From Hydrolagus colliei (Eukaryota), in the NCBI GenBank assembly GCA_035084275.1, contig CM068743.1, positions 116,436,001-116,500,000 of the forward strand: 64,000 nucleotides of DNA. Direction: 5' to 3'. Shown here one piece after another: positions 24,095 through 34,997 of the stretch. Each line of letters starts with the position of its first letter. Positions within the stretch are counted from its first letter, which is position 1. A program made the position numbers and the translations under genes. Below the pieces are notes generated by a model. The model did not search any database, was not told where the DNA came from, and saw only the letters and a program-made list of their open reading frames with translations.

Positions 24095-25850
24095 CACATT
24101 ATAGAATCTTACGGCACAAAAGGAGGCCATTGAGCCCATCGAGTCTGTTCCAGCTCTTTGAAGAAAGCAACTCAATCCCACTCCCCTGCTCTCCTCCCGT
24201 AACCGCACAAACCCATCCTCCCAAAATAAACGTCTACCTCTCTTTTAAAAGTTGTTATCAAATCGGCCTCCACCACTTTTTCACGCAATGCATTCCAGAT
24301 TCGAACAACTCACTGAGTGAAAACATTTCTCCTCACCTCCCCACTGCTTATTTTAGAAACTATTTTAAATCTGTGACCACGAGTCGCTGATACACCCACC
24401 AGTGGAAACAGTTTTTCCCTGTTTACCCTATCGAATCCCCTCATGATCTTGAAAACCTCTATTAGGTCTTCTCTGCTCCAATGAGAATAAATCTAGCCTC
24501 TCTATCCTTTTCTCATAACTGAAGTCCCTCATTCCTGGTACCATCCTGCTAAATCTCCCCTACACCCTTTCAAATGCCTTAACATCATTCCTAAAGTGTG
24601 GTGACTATAATTGAACACAGTAGTCTAGCTGAGGCCTAACCAAAGTTTTATAGAGATTAGTCAGAACATCCTGAGTTTGCTTTTTTTTAACAGACTTATC
24701 TACCTGCCCTGTCACCTTCACTTACACAAACCCCCAAGTCTCTCTGTTCCTTCACACCCCTTAAAATTGTACTATCTAGCCCATTCATAATTCTACAGTT
24801 TACGTACTCTCCCATATCAGGCTTCGCGACCACATCACTACCACCCTCGTCCGTCTCCACTGGCTCCCCATCTCCCAGAAGATCGAATTCAAGATCCTCG
24901 TCCTCACCTTCAAGGCCATTCATGGCCTTGCCCCCGCCTATCTCTCTGACCTGCTGTCTCCCTATCAGCCTGCCCGCACTCTCCGTACAGCAGATTCAGG
25001 CCTGCTTCATGTCCACTGTCCTAACCGCCCAACCATCGGCGGCCGGGCTTTCAACATTTTGCTCCCACACTGTGGAACTCCATCCCGCAGCCCCTCTGCT
25101 TGGCTTCCTTCCTTTCCTCCTTCAAGGCCGGTCTCAAGACCTTCCTTTTCAACCATGCCTTCAGCTCCCCCACTAACTCTTCCACCTTTCCTTCCCCCTA
25201 CCCCGACCCCCCCCCCCCCCCCCCACACCGCTTGGGTCCCGACCTGACAGTTCAGCGCTTTGGGACGTCCTCCTGACGTGAAAGGTGCTATATAAGTGCA
25301 ATTTTGTTGTTGTTGTTATATTGCCTCTCCTCATTCCTCCTCCCAAAATGCATCACCTCACATTTCTCCACATTAAACTTCATCTGCCATGTGTCTGCCT
25401 ATTTTACCATTCTGTCTATATCTTCTTGCAGATGGCTACAATCCTCCTCACTATTTATTATTTTCCCTAACTTTGTGTCATTTGCAAACTTCGAAATGGT
25501 ACTCTCTATACCCAAGTCCAGATCAGTAATATAAATTAAAAAGAGCAGTGGTACCAATACCGATTCAAGGGGGACATCACTGTTCACTTCTCTCCAATCA
25601 GAAAAATAGCCATTCACCACAAGTCTCTGCTTTCTGTTTCCCAGCCAGTTGCGGATCCATGATGCCACTGTCCCTTTAACGCAATGGGCTTCTATTTTCC
25701 TTATAAGCCTTTTATGTGGTACTTTGTCAAATGCCTTTTGAAAGTCCATATAAACTACATCAACTGCACTACCTTCATCCACCCTTTCTGTTACCTCATC
25801 AAAAAACTCTTATCGGATTTTTCAGACATGATTCACCTTTAACAAATCCA
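24095..25850 (-). mobile_element. CR1 LINE fragment interrupted by an L2 insertion
   Basis: 3' tail near 24100; RT ORF 25399-25782 (YMDFQKAFDKVPH, SKFANDTKLG). Confidence 0.85.
24805..25320 (+). mobile_element. L2 3' fragment nested in CR1
   Basis: L2 motifs (tcaagatcctcgtcctcaccttcaaggcc) and ttgttgttg tail, with CR1 sequence on both sides. Confidence 0.85.
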
Positions 25851-27320
25851 TGCTTAGGATAAAAATATCTTAACTGTTTGATTGTTCTCATGTTTGTCTT
25901 GGTTCATCCTCATCAGCAAGACAACAGAGTAAAAACTGGCACAGTAGACCACAGGAATCGGACTGGAATATTTTAAATAATTTTCTGAAGAATAGTTATG
26001 CCCTTTGGGGCAGGATATCAACAGATCAAAAGGAATTAGCTGAAACAGGCTCTTAAACCCATCTGATCTGATCTTTCCAGAAAGCCCGCTTCACTGTCCT
26101 CCATCAAGGCATTTTAACACATTTTAAAAATGAGTCCAGTGTCATAGTTACAACCACTGTTCCTTGTAATCTGTTTCAGTCATTAATCACCCTCTGGGTA
26201 AAGAAAAGCATTCTGGTGTCTGTTATGAAACTGCCCATTGCAAAAAAAAAGCAGGGTGTTGATCTTTCGTTGTCTCTGTGTATTTCAAAAGTAATAATCC
26301 CTCAAAAAAAAACAATGATAAATTCATCGTTTCAATCCACAACTGTTTGTGGGAAATTGCTGTGCAATTGGCTGCTGCGTTTTGCCCACATTTAAATTCA
26401 CTTTACAGTAAATTTACATTCATTTTACAGTATCTTCTGTGAAGCACTTTGAGATGTCTAGATGATGTGAAAAGTATTTATCAACTACAAGGTTTATTAT
26501 TATTAATATTACTGGGAATCAAATGATCTTGCCAACTTCAGTTTCTCAGGGTTATTATTGGAGGACTGTCTCATAGGTAATTACTGCAAATATGGTGAGT
26601 ACCAGGCAGGTCCTATACAAAGTCATAATGTGAATATCAACAACAACTTTGATTTATATAGCACCCTCCATGCCGGACGGTGTCTCAGAGCGCTTATCAA
26701 TTAATGGGGATGAATGTTGACCATGTTGCAAACAGACGTGCTGTAACAATGTGCATTACAACAGGGTTGGACTGAACTTTCAGTTTTCTTAGCCAGGCAG
26801 ATCACAGTATTCCAGGACCCTGCCTATGACGACCAGCCAACCGACTCGTTAGCACAACTTGGAGGGGTGGACTGGGGAACAGGGATTTTTCCCACTCAGC
26901 TCCTGCTTAACCTGCAAGTAGGGTGGGCCGTGACCATCGAAGGCAATTTATGCAGTTTGAGCTGGTTACCTAAGCAAAGCAACTCATAGGCCCCAAGCTT
27001 TGGCTCGCCAACTTGCAGCTAACAGTGCTACCTGACCTTTTCAGTGTTACCAACGACTTCTGTTTTTGTTACTAATTTCCAGCATTAGGAAACAGTTGGG
27101 TCTCTCCAGGGAGTGAGTGTGTATTCCATTCCATACAAAGAATTTCCTAGTGTAAGGGACGTGTGCATATACAACTCTCAGTTCATTTCACACGCCACAG
27201 ATTTCACCATTCCTCAGCAGATCAACCCCATAAGCAAAAACAATACTATTCTAAGCTATTCTATTTAATGTCATTAATATAAAGATGGGGGCTATCTAAT
27301 CCGAACATGTACTATTGGCT

Positions 27321-27338
27321 GGCCGCCACCTTGTGGTC
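27321..27338 (-). promoter_or_regulatory. CTCF motif (gaccacaaggtggcggcc on minus strand)
   Basis: Close match to the CCACNAGGTGGCRG consensus; conserved in paralogous blocks. Confidence 0.65.
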
Positions 27339-28230
27339 ATGAATACAGGGGTAAAGTTACACAAGTACTGTAATGCTTTAAACATCACAACATTACTGCC
27401 TTTACAAAGTGGGTGGTTGGCAGGTAAAATGATCTGCCATAAACTATAGTTGAAGAACAGCCAATATTATACTTAAAATAACGTAAAGCCGGGGAAAAGA
27501 GAAATATTGGGGTGTTTCTGGAGAGAGCAGGAAAGTATGATTAGATTAAGTGCCTTATTATAGAGCAAAACACCAGTACAGCCTTAGTGTGCTCATTGGC
27601 TTGCTTCTATGCGAAACCATTCAGTGATTCTATAACTTATACCAAACATCAAGACTGGAACAAGTCACTATAAGTAAATGTGGCTTTAATCTTTTGTTTG
27701 GTCCAACTTTATGAAAATCTTTCGACCTTCCTGTCGAAATCTGTTTAAACTGAGTCATATTTAGAGCAGGCAGCGAACTGAATGCTAAGACACACATTTT
27801 GACAAACTGGTCAACAAGTTCCAAGTGCTCCAGTTACAAACAAGTAGAGGGAATGGGAATATTAAAATAAATAGAAAACCGGATTAAAATATGAATTATA
27901 ACATCAAAGAAGTTCTGTTCAACAGAATTTCCACCAAATAATCACAAATTAGCAATTGTAGCAAGCATTTACTCCTGTCATTTATAGTTCTATTGAGACA
28001 ATTTCATGAAGGATGATATCTTTGGCACGAATAACGTTGAAAGGAATACGAGAGAATACGGTAATGTGAAAAGTGATGTTTACGTGACCCCCAAGCTTGA
28101 ATTGTATAAATTGTAGACGGCAGGATGGGCATATAAAAGAGGGAAAACCTTCACTGTATTAACATTCTTGACTAATGTTTCAATCAACAGCTCTGGGTAT
28201 GAATTATTGTCAATCTGCTGCTGTACCTGG

Positions 28231-28264
28231 GACGTCATCACCACAGGAAGGACTCTATGCAAAT
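28231..28264 (+). promoter_or_regulatory. Candidate lymphoid element: CRE-like gacgtca, RUNX/ETS accacaggaag, octamer atgcaaat
   Basis: Four motifs within 34 bp, ~500 bp upstream of V1; RUNX/ETS and octamer retained in the copy at 36182-36206. Confidence 0.45.
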
Positions 28265-28768
28265 GTATTTCCATATCATATTGCTATGTATCTAATACCT
28301 TTACATGTAAATGTTGTTCAGTATGGAGTGGCATCTCCTGTAGCAAACTCAAGCCCATTTCCATCAGCAGGTTCCCTATCACAGTAGTTCCTAGTTTGGC
28401 TAGGGCAGAAATAAACTTTTTTTTTCTAGAGTCATAATACTTCTGGGGTTGACCTGGCAAGGGGACCTCTTTGAACATCTAACCCCAAAGACCTCACTAT
28501 GCTGCGTCCCCCCAGTGTAAAGCAAGATTAGGAGCTCAGATACTGTGGGAATAAACTGCTATCAAATGAGCCAAGTTGCTAAACTAATGAATAAATGGCA
28601 AAGAGGTGAAGCAGAGCATCGAGTGTTACGCACTGAGGGGAGGAGGAAACAACCGCAAAACGGCTCTAATTGGTACAAACGGGTTTGGATCTTTCCCACA
28701 GAAACAAGCGCCAACTGAGATGGTCAAATTGGCTTGAAGCTGTCCCTGGGTCACACATGGTATCAAAC

Positions 28769-29203
28769 ATGCCGGGGACAGGCTGTGTCTGTTTACTGAC
28801 CGTCTTGCTGTCGGGTAAGTTTATCTGGATGCAATTCAGCAGCCGCCCCATTGTCAGAGAGACAGAGAGTAAACTAACCTAATGGATTGTTTTTATTTTT
28901 CCAGTTGGCTGTGATGGCTTTACCTTGTCACAGCCCACCTACGTGGTGGTGAAACCAGGAAGGGTGGCGACGATTAGGTGCACAACGAATGATATGAGCA
29001 ATGACTATGTTCACTGGTACCGTCAAAGTCCCAGGAAGGGGCTTCAATGGATGTTGTATTATCACTCAAAAGATAGAAAAGATCAATCGCCTGATTTTCC
29101 AAGCCGTTTTTCTGCTGAGAGGAATATGGACTCGTGCTCTCTCACAATCACACAAACGAAAGAGACTGACAGTGACACTTATTATTGTGGTGTCTGGGAT
29201 TCC
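28769..29203 (+). CDS. TRGV: TCR gamma-like V segment V1 (subgroup B); leader 28769-28814 (alternative in-frame ATG 28757), V exon 28905-29203
   Basis: Leader MPGTGCVCLLTVLLS, gt..ag phase-1 intron, Ig V domain with C23, WYRQ and YYCGVWDS, followed by a 23-RSS. Confidence 0.88.
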
Positions 29204-29242
29204 CACAGCAGCTGCAGACACACAACAGATCGTACAATAACT
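29204..29242 (+). other. 23-bp RSS of V1
   Basis: cacagca + 23 nt + acaataact. Confidence 0.92.
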
Positions 29243-30126
29243 TGCCTCTCACTCGGAAGCCAACACGGCTGCAGTTGGGTGTCAGTGTATTGAGGGGGAA
29301 ACTGTGAACTGCAGCAGAGAGACCCCAGCCTGGGCAATGCTGAAGGTTGTGGTCCAGATACTGGGAGGTTTCCCACTGTAAAGAGGGTGACTGTAGTGAC
29401 TTACATAAATGTATAAGACAATACATATGAATTGCCATTGGCTTCCAAGAAATCACTTGTCTGTAACATGTTTCTTTTTCAACATTAAATCTACTAAAGA
29501 TTGCACACACATAGCAGTCTCCTGACCATTCCTCTGGAAATATATATTTAAGTATATATACTTTTGTATGTAATATAATAATCTGACGTATTATTTCTCT
29601 CTGACGGTAAATGGAAGACTGTCAGACAAATGCCCAAGACCATTTTCCTATTCGCCTACCCCTGTGCTTATATCACAACAATCCAACACCTCCACCATGC
29701 CCCTGCCGTCGGTAGACCTCATTTGACAAGTGGTCCTCACCAGGTGCTCCCATTCTTACACTACACAAACTCTAGATCATTCTTTGTCTTTGATCACTCA
29801 GTCTTTGCCAAACCTAACTCGGTGAGACCATCAAAGCCGGACTCCCCGACACCCTGTTCCCCAATAAAGCCTCAAATATTGTGGGCCTTGACCCCACAAC
29901 CTTCTGACACAGAACCTGCCGTTGCTGCCAAATGAGCCAATCTGATAGACAATGAAGAAATGGCCAGAGGTAACGCTCAGCTTGAAGAGGTGATGGGAGG
30001 AGGGAAACACAACCGCAAACACTGCTTATTGGCACAAACAGGTTTAGATCATTCTCACTCAAGACGAACGCAGTGATCTGGTCAGATCCCCCTCAAGCTG
30101 TGCTGAGGGCTCACATCACATCAGAT

Positions 30127-30558
30127 ATGTGGGGGGCAGGTTGTGTCTGTGTGCTCAGTGCCCTGGTGTCATGTAAGTTTATCTGGATGCAATTTAATGA
30201 TTATCACATCATCAGAGACAGTAAACGAGGCTAATGATTTTATTTTGTGTTTCCAGTTGGCTGTGAGGGCTTTACCTTGTCACAGCCCATGTCCATGATC
30301 AAGGAGGAAGGAAAAACAGCGAAGATTCCCTGTGAAATGAAAGATAAATCAATGGGCAATGACTATGTTCACTGGTACCGTGAGAATCCCGGGAAGGGGC
30401 TTCAATGGATTCTATATTATACAAGAACTAAGACAGAAAACTCACCTGATCTTCCAAACCGTTTTTCTGTTGCTAGAAATGTGGACTCATGGTCTCTCAA
30501 AATCGAAAGCCTCCAAGCGGCTGACGCTGGTACTTATTATTGTGGAGTCTGGGATTCC
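30127..30558 (+). CDS. TRGV: TCR gamma-like V segment V2 (subgroup A); leader 30127-30172, V exon 30257-30558
   Basis: Leader MWGAGCVCVLSALVS, canonical splice sites, open V exon ending YYCGVWDS. Confidence 0.88.
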
Positions 30559-30597
30559 CACAGCAGCTGCAGACACACAACAGATCGTACAATAACT
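30559..30597 (+). other. 23-bp RSS of V2
   Basis: cacagca + 23 nt + acaataact. Confidence 0.92.
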
Positions 30598-30974
30598 TGC
30601 CTCTCACTTGATGTCCGTTCCGCTGCAGTGGAGTCTCAGTGCATTCAGAGAGAAACTATTCACTGCAGCAGAGAGAACACAGCCTGGTCAATGCTGATAG
30701 TTTTGGTCCACAAACTATAAAGAGGGAGTTTCGTTCCTTGTATTAATAACAGAACGGAACGAGTTACAGGGGAACCTTATTTCAGTCGCCCTGACATTTT
30801 GCACCAGTGGCAGATTGCACAACAATAATCACAAGGTGGGCTTCTAAACTAGTAGAATTCAACCACAAACATGAAAAACTAATCCTTCCCCAAATAGAAT
30901 AATTCCAGCATTGAAATAGCACGTTGGTGTTTCAATTAACTGCATTTATTCATTTGAGAAATCCCAACAAAGTC

Positions 30975-31204
30975 TAGGACACTGGGATTAACTCCTTTCG
31001 CGTTTTGAGTAGTGCCTTGGGATCTTTAGCGTCCACCTGGACAAAGCAGACTGGATCTCGGGATAACGTTTCCTCTGAAGGACAACACCTCCAACAATAC
31101 AGACCGGATTAGTCAGTGTAGAATATATAGGATCCAAGGCCTGAAATGGGACTTGAACCTACAACCCGCTTACCCAGAGGCGAGACTGCTACCAACTGGA
31201 CCAG
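30975..31204 (-). mobile_element. Deu-SINE 5' portion in the downstream block shared by V2, V6 and V8
   Basis: gggatctttagcgtccacctg...gggacttgaacctacaacc...gaggcgagactgctaccaactg; paralogous copies at ~43441-43674 and ~54748-54975. Confidence 0.7.
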
Positions 31205-32143
31205 GGGGATGATTAAATATTGAATGTGAAACATGTATCAAGCTCACGACTCACTCCCGATTTGAATAATACATTTGTTGTCCTCCAGTCCTTGGGTGTA
31301 ACTTCTGTGTTTATACAAATCCTGAATTACCGTCCAGAGGAGTGGATTTCATTTTTTTAGATATCTTTGCCCTTGGGTGTGGGATATCTACAGATGAAGG
31401 GGAGATTCGGCTGAAACGGATCCCAGTTTTCTTAACCGGGTGGATCACAGTATTCCAGGGCTCTGCCTGTGACCAACCAGTCAGCCAACTCTTTGGCTCA
31501 GCCTGAAGGGATGGACAGGTTTTCTGGGGACAAGGACACTTCCCACTGAGCTCCTATTTACTCTGCAAGCCAAGGTCCCGACTATGTCCTCGGCAAGCTC
31601 GCTGGGAAATGCTTTCAGTGTCAAGTTATGTGGTTTTGGCTGGTTAAACTGCAGGAATGTCTCAACAGATACCCGCAGATTTACCAGGTTTTTCTCTCCC
31701 TGGTCTGTGGCCAATAATCTCTGGAGTTATGGAGTAGGTTGAGTCCCCGCGCCCAGGGAGAAAGTGTGTATAGTATTCCATTCCACAGAGAATTTCCGTG
31801 TGTAACATACATTCATATGTGGAACTCTCAGTCTGTTATGGTGATGAGTTTTCCCATGTATCAGATATACCGCGGACCAACACCCTAAAAATGACATTCA
31901 CCAAATTGTTGCATTGAATCCATCTCCCATTCACTGAAGCCAACCTGATCACCGATGTGTTAGTGTTGAATGTTGATTCTGAATCCTTAAACCATGAATA
32001 TAAACCCATAGCACAGATTTCTCTGCTCCTCAGCAGATCAACCCAACGAAATACCACCTAAACTAACATATGTCTTCTCCGAGCTACAATTTACTTTCAT
32101 TTCATCTGATCTAAACACTTACAATCCACTTACTGTATTGGGT

Positions 32144-32161
32144 GTCCGCCACCTTGTGGTC
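32144..32161 (-). promoter_or_regulatory. CTCF motif
   Basis: gtccgccaccttgtggtc. Confidence 0.62.
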
Positions 32162-32189
32162 ATGAATACAGGTGTAATATAACGAGGTG

Positions 32190-32482
32190 GATGACATCCA
32201 GCTCTACCGTTCTCGAATTCAAGATCCTTGTCCTCACCTTCAAGGCCATTCACGGCCTTGTCCCCCCACCTATCTCTCCGACCTGCTGTCTCCCTATCAG
32301 CCCACCCGTCCCCTCCGCTCAGCAGGCTCTGACTTGCTCCACGTCCATAGCCTTAACAGCCCTAACCATTGGTGGCCCGGCTTTCAGCCTCTCTGCTCCC
32401 ACACTGTGGAACTCCAACTCCATCCAATGTCTCCTTGACGCGAAAGGCGCTATAGAGGTACAATTTTGTTGTTGTTGTTATA
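32190..32482 (+). mobile_element. L2 3' fragment
   Basis: FKILVLTFKAIHGL...GGPAFS; ttgttgttg tail. Confidence 0.82.
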
Positions 32483-32927
32483 TCACCCCCCCCCCCAACA
32501 ATCAAATCACTCTTCTATCCCTCTGCCCTCTCCGAGCCTGGTTTCGCCAAGTTCCTCCACAGCAAACTCCCCTTCCTTACTCTACACAAACTCTAGATCA
32601 TTAATAACACAGTCTTTGCCAAAACAAACTCGGTGAGACCATCAATGCCAGACTCCCCGCCACCCTGTTCCCCAATAAAACCTCAAATATTCTGGGACTT
32701 GAACCTGACACAGAACCTGCCGTTGCTGCCAAATGAGCCAATCTGATAGACAATGAAGAAATGGCCAGAGGTAACGCTCAGCTTGAAGAGGTGATGGGAG
32801 GAGGGAAACACAACCGCAAACACTGCTTATTGGCACAAATAGGTTTAGATCATTCTCACTCAAGACGAACGCAGTGATCTGGTCAGATCCCCCTCAAGCT
32901 GTGCTGAGGGCTCACATCACATCAGAT

Positions 32928-33362
32928 ATGTGGGGGGCAGGTTGTGTCTGTGTGCTCAGTGCCCTGGTGTCATGTAAGTTTATCTGGTTGCAATTTAATG
33001 ATTATCACATCATCAGAGACAGTAAACGAGGCTAATGATTTTATTTTGTGTTTCCAGTTGGCTGTGAGGGCTTTACCTTGTCACAGCCCATGTCCATGAT
33101 CAAGAATGAAGGAAAAATAGCAATGATTCCCTGTGAAATGAAAAATAAATCAATGGGCAATGACTATGTTCACTGGTACCGTGAGAATCCCGGGAAGGGG
33201 CTTCAATGGATCCTGTATTATCACTCACAAGGCATGGCAGAAAGCTCGCCTGATTTTTCAAGCCGTTTTTCTGCTGAAAAGAATGTGGACTCGTGCAGTC
33301 TCACAATCACAAGCCTCAACTCGGCTGACACTGGCACTTATTATTGTGGTGTCTGGGATTCC
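32928..33362 (+). CDS. TRGV: TCR gamma-like V segment V3 (subgroup A); leader 32928-32973, V exon 33058-33362
   Basis: Intact leader, splice sites and V exon. Confidence 0.88.
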
Positions 33363-33401
33363 CACAGCAGCTGCAAACACACAACAGATCGTACAATAAC
33401 T
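33363..33401 (+). other. 23-bp RSS of V3
   Basis: cacagca + 23 nt + acaataact. Confidence 0.92.
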
Positions 33402-33544
33402 TGCCTCTCACTCGGAAGCCAACACGGCTGCAGTTGGGTGTCAGTGCAATTGAGGGGGAAACTGTGAACTGCAGCAGAGAGACCCCAGCCTGGGCAATGC
33501 TGAAGGGTGTGGTCCAGATAATGGGCAGTTTCCCACTGTAAAGA

Positions 33545-33790
33545 GGGCGTCGCGGTCATTGTATTGAGCTATTCGAAATCCTCTACTTACAATACGATTA
33601 GGAGTTTCTCCTGGTGTCAGGGCCACTAATCCCCACGAATAATATCGATGATTGACTTCATGGCTGTTTGTGGGACACGGTTGTGCCAAAACGTGTCTGC
33701 CACATTGACCTACAAAGCACTGTGATTATATGTTCCACTGCAGCACATCAAGCTCTTTGGCTCGTCCTCCCAATGATAAAGGCACTGTAT
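33545..33790 (+). mobile_element. Degraded 5'-truncated Deu-type SINE
   Basis: ggagtttctcctggtgtcagggcca...gtttgtgggacac...ggcactgtatcaaa. Confidence 0.55.
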
Positions 33791-33958
33791 CAAAAGTAAA
33801 TATTATTTTATTTAATAAAATATAGCAACAACAAATTATAACTGTACGGTTAATTTCTCGTAGGGAGGACGTCCTAAGGCGCTGCACTGTCAGGGATTTT
33901 TATATCAAAAACCTAAAATCGTATTATTATTGTTAGGAACTTAATCCATTCTTCAGAT

Positions 33959-34290
33959 ATGTGGGTGGGGGGGAACACGTTGTGTCTCAGTACTGAGTGC
34001 CTTTGGTTTCACGTCAGTTTATCTGGATGCAATTAAATGATATTAATAATAATAATAATCCCTGCGTTTTGCTATTCCTTGATAATGATCATCACATTAT
34101 CAGTGAGCAAAATATAATGAGGAATTGGTTTTGACTTTCCGGTGGACTGTGATGGTCTGTCCTTGAATCATACCAGATTCATGGTTAAGAAACCAAGCAG
34201 GACAGGAACGAGTACCTGCTCAGTGGCGGGTGGATCAATACAGATTATATATGTTCACTGGTACCTTGGGAATCCCGGGAAGTTTCAACA
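33959..34290 (+). pseudogene. Subgroup C V pseudogene psi1
   Basis: Frameshifted leader, acceptor mutated to ccgg, FR1-FR2 present, CDR2/FR3/RSS deleted. Confidence 0.8.
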
Positions 34291-34978
34291 GGTCTCAGTT
34301 TGTTGAAGGGGAGATTGTGAGCTGCAGCAGAGAGAAAACAACCTGGTAAAATCTGTGCTATTCGGGACCCTGTTCAGTTTTAAGTGTGATTCGGGAAAAC
34401 GGATTGAAAGGAGGGGGGCACTTTACAATTGTACAGTATTATAATTTCAGGCGTGTGAGGTAAAGATTCAGAAAAGTGCTATAGTCCCCCGTGACAATGT
34501 TATCAGAACTACTTACAAAAATGTATTTTGTTTTGTAAACGATCACACACTGTGCTTAGAAAAGGAATAAATCATCCGAAAACACTCTCTCGATAAAATG
34601 TAGTTCTTATCCAAATAAGACAATTCAGCTTGAATAATAATACTTGAGTTTGCTATAACGCCTTATCACATGGTTTAAACATTACTCCTCAAAGCGCCTT
34701 GAGGCGTCCCCCCAACGTTTAAAAACTTGGTTTACAGCTGTAATTGTGTGGTTGTTGTTTCTAAAAATGTTTTGTTTCGAGTGAAGTCCAGTGACTGTAT
34801 CATATAAGTATACAGTATAAGACAATATATTTCAATTGCCATTGGCTTCCAATAATTCCATTGCCTGTAACATGTTTCTTTTTCAACAATACAGTTCTAA
34901 GCTATTCTATTTAATTTCACTAATATAAAGATGGGAGCTATCTGATCTGAACAGGTACAATCCACTTACTGTATTGGG

Positions 34979-34997
34979 TGGTCGCCACCTTGTGGTC
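34979..34997 (-). promoter_or_regulatory. CTCF motif
   Basis: tggtcgccaccttgtggtc. Confidence 0.62.

Noticed and set aside
9200-27000. Exons of FBXL2, AMPH or another gene between SUSD5 and the V array
   Set aside because: No ORF or splice-bounded segment resembled them by eye. Small exons could still be missed without TBLASTN.
29295-29365. Post-RSS sequence reading AWAMLKVVVQ, superficially J-like
   Set aside because: No FGxG motif, no 12-RSS, no splice donor; it is simply conserved V 3' flank.
29814-30062. Recurrent minus-strand ORF MSENDLNLFVPISS... in many copies
   Set aside because: It is the antisense reading of the duplicated A promoter, starts at TTG rather than ATG, and has variable stops. 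Its conservation is explained at the DNA level.
30826-30845. tcacaaggtgggc after V2, V6 and V8 as a forward CTCF site
   Set aside because: Mismatches at key consensus positions; too weak without a PWM score.
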